In this document: piece by piece, positions 46,109 through 55,843 of the stretch
Position numbering within the stretch: position 1 is the stretch's first letter
How the letters are laid out: every line of letters starts with the position of its first letter
Source of the DNA: Candidatus Saccharimonadota bacterium
GTDB lineage: Bacteria > Patescibacteriota > Saccharimonadia > QS-5-54-17
Direction of reading: 5' to 3'
Length of the DNA stretch: 59,242 nucleotides
NCBI GenBank assembly: GCA_050486185.1
Contig: JBJHCT010000004.1
Location: 1-59,242 of the forward strand
Made by a program: the position numbers and the translations under genes
Notes under the pieces: generated by a model
The model's database searches: none
The model's input: the letters and a program-made list of their open reading frames with translations, nothing else
What the model was told of the DNA's origin: nothing

Positions 46109-47542
46109 ATGATTGAGGATATGAATAATAATTTGCGGTCTAAACTAAATGATTTGCCCGCTACTCCAGGCGTATATTTTCACAAAAACACTGCCGGAGA
46201 AATTATCTATATCGGCAAGGCTGCCAATCTACGCAATCGAGTGCGTAGCTATTTTCAATCTAAGAATCAGGATGTTAAGACCAAAGCTTTGGTTGAGGAA
46301 ATTGCCGATGTCGACTGGCTAGAGGTTGGTAGCGAGGTTGAAGCTCTGTTTTTAGAATCAGCTATGATTAAACGCTACCAGCCTAAATACAATATCTTAC
46401 TTAGAGATGATAAGAGTTTCTTGTATATCAAAATATCAAGTGATGATTTCCCAGTAGTTTCCTTTACTCGTAGACCTATGGATGATAGATCGGAATATTT
46501 TGGCCCCTTCACCTCGGCCTTAGCGGTTAAAAAAGCTATGAAGCAACTGCGCAAAAGCTTTCCGTATGTAACTCACAAGCAGATGCCAAAGAGAGCCTGC
46601 CTTCACTACCACATAGGCTTATGCCCAGGCCCAGAAGTTAGAGCTGTGACTGCTAAAGAGTACGCACATAATATCTCGCAACTCAAACGCTACCTATCAG
46701 GTAAAGGACAGGCCGTTATCAAGGATCTGCAAAAGCAGATGAAGGTCAACTCAAAAGCTAGGGACTTCGAAGCAGCGGCTAGTTTGCGGGATCAGCTCAA
46801 CAATCTGCTGTCTCTACAAAGACAACACCTGTTTTCCCAGGAAGAGCTTTTTGATCTAAGCCGTGACCAAGCTTTAGTGGATCTACAGTCTCTACTTAAT
46901 CTAAACAATACACCTAAAAGAATTGAGTGTTACGATGTCAGCCACCTTCAGGGCACTAATAATGTAGCTTCGATGGTGGTGTTTTTTAGCGGAGTGCCTG
47001 ATAGAGCTCAGTATCGCAAATTCAAGATGAGGGTTGGTGGCAATGATGATTTTAAGCATATTCATGAAGTTATAGCTCGCAGATTAAAGCACTGGAATAA
47101 GTGGCCTAATGCCGATGTGATTTTGATTGATGGAGGTAAGGGGCAGGTATCTGCAGCCCTAACAGCCGCTCAAGAAGCAGGTGTAGATGTGCCGATCATA
47201 GGGCTAGCCAAGAGGTATGAGGAGATAGTTATTCCTTACAACAAAGATAAGAGTTTAGATAGGTTTGAGGTTGTTAGATTGGATAAACACACTCACTTAT
47301 TAAAGATGTTGCAACATATTCGTGATGAAGCTCATCGGTTTGCGGTTACTTATCATACCCAATTGAGAGGCAAGGCTCAGACCGCCTCGCTGCTAGAAGA
47401 TATACCAGGTGTAGGCCCAGCCACGCGCAAGAAGCTCATTAAGGCTTTTGGTTCATACAAAGGCGTTAGAGAAGCTAGCCTAAAAGACGTAGCTGAAGTG
47501 GTGGGTGATAAGTTAGCTAAAGCTATTAAAGAGAATTTATAG
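46109..47542 (+). CDS. uvrC: Excinuclease ABC subunit C (compact, 477 aa)
   Basis: GIY-YIG 'PGVYFHKN..GEIIYIGKAANLRNRV', UVR motif 'FEAAASLRDQL', endonuclease 'IECYDVSH', 'IDGGKGQ', HhH 'LEDIPGVGPATRKKL'. Confidence 0.9.
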   Translation: MIEDMNNNLRSKLNDLPATPGVYFHKNTAGEIIYIGKAANLRNRVRSYFQSKNQDVKTKALVEEIADVDWLEVGSEVEALFLESAMIKRYQPKYNILLRDDKSFLYIKISSDDFPVVSFTRRPMDDRSEYFGPFTSALAVKKAMKQLRKSFPYVTHKQMPKRACLHYHIGLCPGPEVRAVTAKEYAHNISQLKRYLSGKGQAVIKDLQKQMKVNSKARDFEAAASLRDQLNNLLSLQRQHLFSQEELFDLSRDQALVDLQSLLNLNNTPKRIECYDVSHLQGTNNVASMVVFFSGVPDRAQYRKFKMRVGGNDDFKHIHEVIARRLKHWNKWPNADVILIDGGKGQVSAALTAAQEAGVDVPIIGLAKRYEEIVIPYNKDKSLDRFEVVRLDKHTHLLKMLQHIRDEAHRFAVTYHTQLRGKAQTASLLEDIPGVGPATRKKLIKAFGSYKGVREASLKDVAEVVGDKLAKAIKENL

Positions 47543-47592
47543 ACTAGTGCGTCTTTGCACTAAGCAGCTATCAGTAATATAATGGTGTTTAT

Positions 47593-47940
47593 ATGATTAA
47601 GCAGTTTTTAATTCGTTGGGGTATTAACGCTCTAGGCCTGTGGATAGCTAGTGAGCTAATTAGTGGTGTAAGTGTAGCTGATGGCTGGATGGCTGTAGCT
47701 ATAGCGGCGCTGGTTTTTTCTATAATTAACGCCTTTATCCGTCCGATACTAGTGATACTTAGCCTGCCGGCCATTATATTGACCCTAGGGCTATTTACTC
47801 TTATCATCAATGCCTTCATGCTTTATCTATTAATGGTACTATATTCAGGATTCGTAGTTTCCACCTTTACGGCCGCACTACTAACAGTAGTAATCTTGTG
47901 GGTGGTTAACTTTGCCGGTAATGCAGTTTTAAAGAAGTAG
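47593..47940 (+). CDS. DUF360 / 'phage holin 4_2' family four-TM membrane protein (YvlD-like)
   Basis: 'GINALGLWIA', 'NAFIRPILVILSLPAIILTLGLFTLIINA' pattern; 115 aa. Confidence 0.6.
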   Translation: MIKQFLIRWGINALGLWIASELISGVSVADGWMAVAIAALVFSIINAFIRPILVILSLPAIILTLGLFTLIINAFMLYLLMVLYSGFVVSTFTAALLTVVILWVVNFAGNAVLKK

Positions 47941-47972
47941 CTAAAGCTAATAAATTCCAAGGAGCAAAACAT

Positions 47973-48191
47973 ATGCAAGCAGTTCTACAGATTACTTCAA
48001 TTATCTCAGCCATCTTAATGATAACTTTGATCTTAGCTCAGAGTAGGGGTACTGGTTTGGGTCAGGCTTTTGGTGGTGATAGTTCGTTCTATTTTTCCCG
48101 AAGAGGTGTAGAACTAGTCATGTACCAGCTGACGATTATATTTGCAGTTGTCTTTGTACTATCAATTATCTTAGGTCTAGTAGTTAATTAG
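47973..48191 (+). CDS. secG: Preprotein translocase subunit SecG
   Basis: 72 aa, two TM helices, 'LILAQSRGTGLGQAFGG' loop typical of SecG. GGAG RBS. Confidence 0.75.
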   Translation: MQAVLQITSIISAILMITLILAQSRGTGLGQAFGGDSSFYFSRRGVELVMYQLTIIFAVVFVLSIILGLVVN

Positions 48192-48208
48192 CGATTATTT
48201 AAATCAGC

Positions 48209-49945
48209 ATGAAACTTCCTAGCCAAGATATACTTGCAAAGATTAGCCAAACTTACAACACAGCCAAGGATTATGTTGGTAAGTCCTATTCCCGCTTTAT
48301 CGATGCCCACCTAAAGAACCGTAGCCTCAGGACGGTAGAGCGATTTGTTTTCAGCTGGGGCTTGGTTTTCGTCCTAGCCATAGGTATAACTTGGTGGCAG
48401 CTGCAGGCACTTGATAGACACTACCTAACTTCGGCACCGGCTGAGGGCGGTCAATATATTGAGGGTATAGTTGGCAGCATCTCTGGTATTAACCCCATAT
48501 TTACAAATGGTCAAGTAGCTGAAGTAGCTAACAGTTTAGTCTTTAGCGGATTGATGAAACCTGATGCTAATAGTGATATGCAGTTGGATTTAGCTAGTGA
48601 TTATGAAGTTAGTAGTAGCGGTACTGTCTACACCTTTACTCTTAAAGAAGATATCAGGTGGCATGATGGCGCTTATCTTGACGCCGAAGACGTAGCTTTT
48701 ACTATAGAGTTGATTCAAAACCCCGACATAGCCTCGCCTTTATATATTGATTGGCGAGACATAGAGGTTGAGGTTGTGGATGAGCTGACTATTAGCTTTC
48801 ATCTACCCAACACATTCGCACCATTTCTATCTCAGCTAGATTTTGGTATCTTACCCAAACATCTATTAGCTGATACTGAACCTGATCGTATACGTATCTC
48901 TTCATTTAACCAGCAACCCATAGGCTCAGGTCCGTTTAGGTTATCTGAAATAACCGACAGTAACCAGCTTAGATTCAACGCCTTTGATAACTACCATTTA
49001 GGCTCGCCAAGTTTAGATAGGTTTACATTAGCTGTGTTTGATAACTCAGAAGAGATGATAGAGGCCTATTTACGCCAAGAACTGGCCGGCATGTCGATGG
49101 GCCACATGGGCGATATACAGACGGTTTCAGATTTGGGCAATACTACCATATACCAGCTAGAAACCGGTGCCCAAGTTTTTGCCTTTTTCAACACTGATGA
49201 GTTAAATCGCAATATTAGGAGAGGTTTAGCTCAAGGTATAGATAATGTAGCTTTAAGGAGTCGCCTAGGTTCAGACTATAGGCGGGCTTATGGACCACTA
49301 TTACCTACACAGCTTGGGTATAAAATTTCGCTACTTGATTACGATTTACAAACTGCCAGATCTAGATTTGAGGCCGGTGGTTTGAGCTATAGTGATGGCA
49401 AGTTATTTGATAAAGGTGAACCATTTAGCATTCGCTTAATTACTCAAGATAGTCATAAATATCCCATAGCTGCTACTAGCTTAAAGGAGCAGTGGGAGGC
49501 TCTAGGAGTGGATGTCGAGTTGGTTGAGCTAGAGGCAGATAGCTTCCGAGAACAACACCTCAGGCCGCGTGATTATGATGTACTGCTATTTGGCGTTGGC
49601 ACTAACAAAGATTCAGATGTCTATGCCTACTGGCACTCTTCAGAAATTAATGATCCTGGCCGTAACCTATCGCTTTATCGATCTGAATTAGCAGACCTCA
49701 ACTTAGAGGATGGACGAACTAGATTAGACCTTGATTTACGGGCCGCTAAGTATGAGGCTTTTCAGGATCAGTGGCGCACAGACGCACCAGCTCTACCGCT
49801 ATATAGGCTGCATTCATACTACGTAGTTCGTAACGAAGTAGCAGGACTAGATGTTAATAATATTATCAGCCCCCTCGATAGACTTCATAATGTTGATGAC
49901 TGGACTATCAATACTCAACCAACACTACGTAGACTAGTTGAGTAA
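48209..49945 (+). CDS. ABC transporter substrate-binding protein, family 5 (peptide/nickel type), TM-anchored
   Basis: N-terminal anchor. 'Y.F.LKEDIRWHDG..l.AEDV.FT' and 'GSGPFRL' blocks typical of SBP_bac_5. Confidence 0.8.
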   Translation: MKLPSQDILAKISQTYNTAKDYVGKSYSRFIDAHLKNRSLRTVERFVFSWGLVFVLAIGITWWQLQALDRHYLTSAPAEGGQYIEGIVGSISGINPIFTNGQVAEVANSLVFSGLMKPDANSDMQLDLASDYEVSSSGTVYTFTLKEDIRWHDGAYLDAEDVAFTIELIQNPDIASPLYIDWRDIEVEVVDELTISFHLPNTFAPFLSQLDFGILPKHLLADTEPDRIRISSFNQQPIGSGPFRLSEITDSNQLRFNAFDNYHLGSPSLDRFTLAVFDNSEEMIEAYLRQELAGMSMGHMGDIQTVSDLGNTTIYQLETGAQVFAFFNTDELNRNIRRGLAQGIDNVALRSRLGSDYRRAYGPLLPTQLGYKISLLDYDLQTARSRFEAGGLSYSDGKLFDKGEPFSIRLITQDSHKYPIAATSLKEQWEALGVDVELVELEADSFREQHLRPRDYDVLLFGVGTNKDSDVYAYWHSSEINDPGRNLSLYRSELADLNLEDGRTRLDLDLRAAKYEAFQDQWRTDAPALPLYRLHSYYVVRNEVAGLDVNNIISPLDRLHNVDDWTINTQPTLRRLVE

Positions 49946-49975
49946 AATTTGCCAACTTGGGCAAAATAAATAAAA

Positions 49976-50002
49976 AGCCCCATACATCTATTGGGACTTT
50001 TT
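49976..50002 (+). terminator. Rho-independent terminator (AGCCCCA-loop-TGGGACT followed by TTTTT)
   Basis: 7-bp stem with one mismatch followed by a T-run, 31 nt after the SBP stop. A TGcTATAAT extended -10 (50003-50010) for the next gene follows immediately. Confidence 0.55.
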
Positions 50003-50018
50003 GCTATAATACATATCA

Positions 50019-51653
50019 ATGAGTTCCAGTAGTTTAGCAGACCATTTACGCAAGCATTTACGAGGAGAGGTCGTATCATCCGACCGGGTTTTAAATCACT
50101 TCTCTAGTGACGGCAGTCTGTTCTCTATGCGACCAAAAGCAGTAGTTTATCCTAGAGATCTAAGCGATATCCGAAAATCCGCTAGATTCAGCTGGCAGTT
50201 AGCTGAAAGAGGGAAGAAGCTACCGATTACCTCTAGGGGTAAAGGCACCAATCAAAACGGCGCAGCTATAGGTGATGGAGTCATACTAGCTATCGCTAGG
50301 CATATGAATAAGTTGATCGATATGGATTCAGATACTATAACTGTGCAGCCCGGTATGGGTTATGTCGATCTACAAAAGACTCTACTGAGTCACGGCAAGC
50401 ATCTGCCGGTTTATCCTGATAATTCAGGCCATGCTACTATCGGTGGACTGTTGGCCGATGGTGCTTATTCTCGCAAGAGTATTAAATACGGGTCCCTAGC
50501 CGATCACGTCAAAGAAATGGAAGTAGTACTTGCTAACGGTCAGGTAGTTAGAACTAGACCATTATCAAAACGAGAGCTGAATAAGAAGAAGGGACAGACA
50601 GATTTAGAGGGTGACATCTATAGAGCTATCGATAATCTACTACTGGATAATGAGGCTGCCATAGAGCAACTTAGAGAGGTATCTAATGTAGATGTGTCTG
50701 GGTATAATCTCTGGGATATTAATAGACCCAAGAAAGATTTCGATCTAAATAGGTTGATTATCGGCTCTCAGGGTAGTTTAGGTGTTATCACAGAAGTTAC
50801 TCTAAGTACTGCTTCTTTGAACTCTGAGGTTCATCTCGCGCTTATGACCTTTGATGATATTAGTAAGGCTATGGATTTAGTGGGCCTAACTTCAGAACTA
50901 AAGCTAAAACCCAGTTCGGTAGAGATGGTGGATTCACGTCTTCTAGAGCAGATTCAGAAGCACCACCCAGACGAGCTTAAAGGTGTAGTTGACGAGGCCA
51001 TACCATCAGTCACCCTATTGATAGAGTTTGACGATGATAAGCGAGGTACGCGCAAGCATAGAATCAAGAAACTTAAGAGATTAGCTAAGGAGTTGGCTCA
51101 AGATATACGTATCAGTACCGACCCTGATGAGCAGGACGATATCAAAAAGGCGATACATAGCGCCCAAGCACTTACCTGGATTGATAGAGGTAAGAAGAAG
51201 TTTCTACCTATCGCCGATGGATTATCAGTACCGGTTGAGAGAGTTGCTGAATTTATACCGGAAGCCTATAAGATATGTGAAGCCAACCATCTAGAAGGTG
51301 CTGCTATTTGGGGTTCAGTTGGCGATGGACACTTGCAACTATATGCTTGGTTGGACCTAGAAAATGCCGGTGATAGACAGGCAGTATTTAAGGTCATGGA
51401 TGAGCTATCTAAGAAAGTAGCTCAGGTGGGTGGATCAGTAGTGGCGGGAGGAGATAGTGGTAGATACAAGAGTGCTTATTTACGGGATCAATATGGGGAA
51501 GTCGGCTACGGACTATTTTCTCAGGTCAAACAGATATTTGACCCTCAAGATATCCTTAATCCAGGAGTCAAGATAGGTGCTGATAAAGATAGCTTACGAA
51601 AGATTATGCGTTCTAGCTATGAGGGTTGGCATCTGTACGAGACTAGTTTGTAG
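50019..51653 (+). CDS. FAD-linked oxidase (GlcD / D-lactate dehydrogenase-like, FAD_binding_4)
   Basis: 'PITSRGKGTNQNGAAIG', 'GHATIGGLLA', 'GSQGSLGVITEVTL' and C-terminal 'DPQDILNPGV' blocks. Confidence 0.8.
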   Translation: MSSSSLADHLRKHLRGEVVSSDRVLNHFSSDGSLFSMRPKAVVYPRDLSDIRKSARFSWQLAERGKKLPITSRGKGTNQNGAAIGDGVILAIARHMNKLIDMDSDTITVQPGMGYVDLQKTLLSHGKHLPVYPDNSGHATIGGLLADGAYSRKSIKYGSLADHVKEMEVVLANGQVVRTRPLSKRELNKKKGQTDLEGDIYRAIDNLLLDNEAAIEQLREVSNVDVSGYNLWDINRPKKDFDLNRLIIGSQGSLGVITEVTLSTASLNSEVHLALMTFDDISKAMDLVGLTSELKLKPSSVEMVDSRLLEQIQKHHPDELKGVVDEAIPSVTLLIEFDDDKRGTRKHRIKKLKRLAKELAQDIRISTDPDEQDDIKKAIHSAQALTWIDRGKKKFLPIADGLSVPVERVAEFIPEAYKICEANHLEGAAIWGSVGDGHLQLYAWLDLENAGDRQAVFKVMDELSKKVAQVGGSVVAGGDSGRYKSAYLRDQYGEVGYGLFSQVKQIFDPQDILNPGVKIGADKDSLRKIMRSSYEGWHLYETSL

Positions 51654-51673
51654 GTAGATAAGTAAAGTGTGTG

Positions 51674-51760
51674 TGGTGCGCGGGAGAGGACTCGAACCTC
51701 CAAAGCCTTGCGGCCACTACCCCCTCAAGGTAGCGCGTTTTCCAGTTTCGCCACCCGCGC
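51674..51760 (-). tRNA. tRNA-Leu (anticodon GAG), long variable arm
   Basis: The reverse complement folds as follows: acceptor gcgcggg/cccgcgc, anticodon stem ctacc/ggtag with loop ttGAGgg, ~15-nt variable arm, T-arm ggagg-ttcgagt-cctct, CCA encoded. Confidence 0.9.
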
Positions 51761-51899
51761 TCATACTTATACTTTATCAGAATAGAGATCTTTTTCTATA
51801 AAACCAGTTAACCTAGATCGTTTTTAATTAAGAAATGGACAACACCATAGTATATAAATCTACTAAAAGTGCTAACGTTTCTTTTGATATGAGGCGCCT

Positions 51900-52574
51900 C
51901 TAATCTTCTAGTATGTTGGCGGCAGTATAAATGCCCTGTGTCCATCCGCGTATTTTTAGATGGAGTTGTGTATCGAGTACATATATTTCACAGACACCTC
52001 TTGGTAAACTATTCCTAGTTCCCTTACTTGATTTATTGGGCTTGTTGTATGTTTTGTAGAATCTATCTTTTGGTATATTCGTTATCTCTCGCCAGTATCT
52101 TTCAGCCCTACTAACATCCAAATTTTGATGTATGTGGATTCGTGCTCTCATCTTGTTTTCATCTGCCTGGCACACATCGCGAAAATACCTTAACATAAGC
52201 TTGATCATTTTTGGGTCGCCGTTAGAGAACATAACCATCCCATGATTTTTTGTTCCCTCAGCCCAATAAAGCGAGGTACCTATAAGCCATAATTCTCTCT
52301 TAGACAAATTCGCTCCAACTCTTTTCGCAGCCTTATCAATAACTGCGCTTCGTTTTGCTAACTCGTTTTTTAGTCTTGTTTGTCGTCGTCTCTCTATAAC
52401 TTTTGGTGAATGTATATTCTTCTTGAGCGCTTCTCTCTGATCTTTAGAAAGCTCGACATCCCTTACCCAAATACTAACACTACTCTGAGCAGCTCTTAAT
52501 TGTTTAGCTATTAATTTAATAGATAGGCCCTTACGCCGGAGCTGTATTGCAGTAGTTTTTCTATCATCTATCAT
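51900..52574 (-). CDS. HTH-containing protein with a LAGLIDADG-like endonuclease-type core (possible selfish/homing element gene)
   Basis: N-terminal 'AIQLRRKGLSIKLIAKQLRAAQSSVSIWV' looks like a resolvase/Sigma70_r4-type HTH. 'WLIGTSLYWAEGTKNHGMVMFSNGDPKMIKLMLRYF' resembles the LAGLIDADG helix plus following strand. Start taken at MIDDRK. The family call is tentative. Confidence 0.4.
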   Translation of the reverse strand: MIDDRKTTAIQLRRKGLSIKLIAKQLRAAQSSVSIWVRDVELSKDQREALKKNIHSPKVIERRRQTRLKNELAKRSAVIDKAAKRVGANLSKRELWLIGTSLYWAEGTKNHGMVMFSNGDPKMIKLMLRYFRDVCQADENKMRARIHIHQNLDVSRAERYWREITNIPKDRFYKTYNKPNKSSKGTRNSLPRGVCEIYVLDTQLHLKIRGWTQGIYTAANILED

Positions 52575-52663
52575 GAATACAGTGTAACATACAATATATT
52601 TATGGGTTTTCGATATGCTCAATAGTTGTAAAGATTCTTTGGTCTGTGTAGAATATTCTGGTC

Positions 52664-52740
52664 GGGCGATTAGCTCAGCTGGCTAGAGCACTTGTTTTAC
52701 ACACAAGAGGTCGTAGGTTCGAGTCCTACATCGCCCACCA
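52664..52740 (+). tRNA. tRNA-Val (anticodon UAC)
   Basis: Acceptor gggcgat/atcgccc, anticodon stem cttgt/acaag with loop ttTACac, T-arm gtagg-ttcgagt-cctac, CCA encoded. Confidence 0.9.
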
Positions 52741-52828
52741 ATATAGTAGATATTTTTTCTATACAAATATTACAGTTGCTAAATTAAATACTCAAACTCG
52801 AAGCGCAGCTTATTCATCTTTCAAAATT

Positions 52829-53596
52829 TTAGTATTTTATACAGTATAAAAGAGCTACGTTCCGAGGTCGTGCTTCGCTCCCACCATCAGGATTTGTGGT
52901 TATATCATGACTATGGTTTGCTGTTGAATCTACTGATACTGTGTGATTGTGATCGCCGGAAGATGATATCTGGCCAGACATCCAGACTAAACCAAAATGA
53001 TCTAATTGACGTGCCCATGTAGGGGTATTGCCGGAATAAGTCCCTGTTCCTAAGCGGTTGCTATGAGAGTGGGAACCTGTTGTATTTGTTGACGCGCTAT
53101 GAGTGTGTTCTCCACTAGATTGAGTCGATCCACCATGAGAGTGTTCTTTGTTAAGGTTTTCTTGGGTTGAACCTATACTCCTATTAGTATCTATTCCTCT
53201 ACCATCATCCCATCCTCTAATAAATTCTGCGCGTAAATCAGGAACGTTGAATGTTGTAGACCCATCACCTTCGCCGTAAGCTACTCCTATGGCTGTAAAT
53301 AGATCAGAATATGTTGTGCGAGATACAGCTTCACCATTACATTTCAACCAACCGCTTGGTGGCGTATTCATAGCAAATGCTTGTACTGCTCCCGCAGGTA
53401 ATCCGGATCCTCTAGCAGACAACTCAACGATAGCTTGCTGCACATTATCTGCTTCCAGATCCGAGCCTTGGTTGTTAAAAGGCATACTGCTGAGGTTAGC
53501 TTTAGTTAAATCTATAGTTCCATTGGAGTTTAATACTATACTCGGCTCATTTGAGTCTGGATGTTGAATTCTGCTAACCCTTATTACAGACGACAT
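52829..53596 (-). CDS. Phage tail-collar domain protein with His-rich (HxHxx) repeats (MdpB-like)
   Basis: 'GWLKCNGEAVSRTTYSDLFTAIGVAYGEGDGSTTFNVPDLRAEFIRG' matches the tail-collar fibre domain. Repeats EHSHGG / EHTHSA / SHSHSN / DHNHTV / NHSHDI follow, and the C-terminal 'EARPRNVALLYCIKY' is typical of the family. Start ATG at 53596 (the TTG at 53599 is in the track). Confidence 0.75.
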   Translation of the reverse strand: MSSVIRVSRIQHPDSNEPSIVLNSNGTIDLTKANLSSMPFNNQGSDLEADNVQQAIVELSARGSGLPAGAVQAFAMNTPPSGWLKCNGEAVSRTTYSDLFTAIGVAYGEGDGSTTFNVPDLRAEFIRGWDDGRGIDTNRSIGSTQENLNKEHSHGGSTQSSGEHTHSASTNTTGSHSHSNRLGTGTYSGNTPTWARQLDHFGLVWMSGQISSSGDHNHTVSVDSTANHSHDITTNPDGGSEARPRNVALLYCIKY

Positions 53597-53624
53597 CAAT
53601 AAGCCTTTCTACCTAATAAAATTT

Positions 53625-53999
53625 CTATTTCTCAGCTAGTCTTTCTTTAACCTTTTTAACTATGTCTGCTAACTCCCAATCAGCCTTGGTTAGGTAGTCA
53701 CTTACTCCCAAACTAAGTAGGTCTAGGACTTGCTGTGAATCATCAGAGTTCGTTAACACTATAACAATGGTATTTTTGCCGCCATCAGTAGCCCTAAAGC
53801 TTGTTAGCATTTCTTTACCATCCATGTTGGGCATTAGTATATCTAGCAATAAAACATCAGGCGCCCAAGTTTTAGCGATATCTAGTGCTTCCTGGCCGTC
53901 ATTAGCAACCTTTACCTCAAATCCTTCATCTCTAAAGGTATCTGCTAAAACGTTTTGAAGGGATGTATTGTCTTCTGCGATTAATATCTTATGTGCCAT
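53625..53999 (-). CDS. Receiver-only (CheY-like) response regulator
   Basis: 'ILIAEDN', 'DVLLLDILMP', 'VIVLTN' and 'KA' blocks; 124 aa with no output domain. Confidence 0.85.
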   Translation of the reverse strand: MAHKILIAEDNTSLQNVLADTFRDEGFEVKVANDGQEALDIAKTWAPDVLLLDILMPNMDGKEMLTSFRATDGGKNTIVIVLTNSDDSQQVLDLLSLGVSDYLTKADWELADIVKKVKERLAEK

Positions 54000-54061
54000 T
54001 ACTGATTAATCTCCTTGTCATTTTTCTCTTATTATCTTAAAAACTATTATAGCAAATCCAT

Positions 54062-55843
54062 TTATTTACTATCTTCCTGGTAATCCTTCATATCAGGTAC
54101 CGTGATAGAGAAGTGGGTGCCTTTACCTGGTTTTGAATCAAACCAAACTATACCACCCAAACGATCAACAGCTGCTTTCATGGTATACAGACCAAGACCC
54201 GTACCCTCGACATTACTAGTTAGAGCGTTCTTGGCTCTAAATAGTTTAGTAAATAGTTTCGACTGCTCATCTAGAGGTATACCCATGCCGGTATCTTCCA
54301 CGCTAATAACTAAGCCATCTTTGAAATGAGAGTCTTTGCCAGAGTATTTAGATAACGATATAGTTATGTGGCCTTTTTCTTTACTATATTTAACGGCATT
54401 AGATATTAGGTTTTGGATGATCATATCTAGTAGCTTGCGATCACTATTAATCTTGATATTACCACTAATCTTAGTTTCGACTTTAAGTTTTTTATCCTCA
54501 ATCATAGGCTCAAGATCCTTGGTGACGTTCTTGACTATATCTTCAGGGCTAACTTTCTCTATCTTTAGCTTTTCAGTCTTAAGCTCTAGCCTCGATACAT
54601 TTAGGTAGTCTGATAACAGTCCGCTCATTCGGGCACTATCCTCATAGATAGTATTCATATATTCTTTTTCTTTAGCGCTCATTTTCAGGGTTTTAAGTAG
54701 TCTTTCTGCATACCACTTAATAGCACTCAGTGGAGTGCGTAGCTGGTGAGAAGCTAGGGAGACAAACTCATCCTTAGCCTTAGCTATGGCTTTTTCTTCA
54801 CTAATATCCCTTAGAACCTCAACGACACCGATATTTTGCCCATCCAGCATTATCGGGCTAGCCGTGATAGCTACGGGGAATGGCTGGTTGTTGTAGTTGC
54901 GGTAGAAGTAGCGGTCGCTTTTTTGCATTTCCTGGCTCTGAATAGTTTGGTGCAACGGGGACTTAGAAGGGGGTATCGGGTTGCCTGATTCATTGTATAG
55001 AGTAAACACTTCACTGTAAGCCTTGCCTACTACATCTTTCTCGTAGATGTTGAACATCTTTTCTACCACTGAATTAATCATAATAATCTCACCACCAGCA
55101 TCGACAGCAATCACACCCTCACCGATGCTTTGCAGCAAGGCTAGGTCTCGAGCTTTCTTGCGTTCTAGAACTTGCAAGTTGCGCTCTAAGCTCTGAGAAG
55201 CCTCTTCGCGCCTACCCATCTCTTCTTGCAATCGAGTATATATACTAGAAAGTTTTTCTTCCTTTTCCTTTAACATGGTAGCTTTTTGATCTAGACTGTC
55301 TTGATAGAAGTAGATAAAGACAGCTACTAAAGAGATACTGAAAATTAGCTGTTGAAAAGTACTAGCATCATAGGAGATTTCAAAAGCTTGGACATATCCA
55401 GCATCAACACTAATAAATAGAATAGCCAGGATTAGCACTAGTATCAAAAGCCAGATGCTGCCGCCGTGCTTGCCTTTCAAGAAAGTGGCAATAATAGGGA
55501 AGATGAAGAACCAAAATACCGTGTTATTGCCTAGGCCCGTAGTCAGGATAGAAAACATCACTAGAGATAACATCAACAATATAACCAGAGAAGAAGTGAG
55601 ATGGTATGAGTGATGTTTAAGTACTGCTAAAGACAGCCATAGTCCAATAATCACTAGGCTATTAAATGTAGCCTGCATTAAAGCCTCGGTGTATAGGAAG
55701 TAGATGGTTTGACCCAAAACTACTAGGATAATTAGATAGATGAAGCGCTTCAAGAAACGCTGTTGATAAGTAGTATCTACCAGCTGTGATATAGCTAGTA
55801 GTGGGTTCTTGTTAGGTTTATCTTTTCGGTTGTCCTGATCCAT
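54062..55843 (-). CDS. Sensor histidine kinase, polytopic N-terminus plus coiled coil plus PAS plus HisKA/HATPase
   Basis: About 6 TM helices in the first 190 aa. PAS-like 'LLQSIGEGVIAVDAGGEIIMINS'. H-box 'SHQLRTPLSAIKWY', N-box 'LISNAVKYS', G1 'VEDTGMGIP', G2 'GTGLGLYTMK'. Confidence 0.9.
   Translation of the reverse strand: MDQDNRKDKPNKNPLLAISQLVDTTYQQRFLKRFIYLIILVVLGQTIYFLYTEALMQATFNSLVIIGLWLSLAVLKHHSYHLTSSLVILLMLSLVMFSILTTGLGNNTVFWFFIFPIIATFLKGKHGGSIWLLILVLILAILFISVDAGYVQAFEISYDASTFQQLIFSISLVAVFIYFYQDSLDQKATMLKEKEEKLSSIYTRLQEEMGRREEASQSLERNLQVLERKKARDLALLQSIGEGVIAVDAGGEIIMINSVVEKMFNIYEKDVVGKAYSEVFTLYNESGNPIPPSKSPLHQTIQSQEMQKSDRYFYRNYNNQPFPVAITASPIMLDGQNIGVVEVLRDISEEKAIAKAKDEFVSLASHQLRTPLSAIKWYAERLLKTLKMSAKEKEYMNTIYEDSARMSGLLSDYLNVSRLELKTEKLKIEKVSPEDIVKNVTKDLEPMIEDKKLKVETKISGNIKINSDRKLLDMIIQNLISNAVKYSKEKGHITISLSKYSGKDSHFKDGLVISVEDTGMGIPLDEQSKLFTKLFRAKNALTSNVEGTGLGLYTMKAAVDRLGGIVWFDSKPGKGTHFSITVPDMKDYQEDSK

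Noticed and set aside
47593-47940. A 'phage holin' family protein as evidence of a lysis cassette.
   Set aside because: The DUF360/holin-4_2 family is widespread as a chromosomal membrane protein. The gene sits between uvrC and secG with no endolysin or phage genes.
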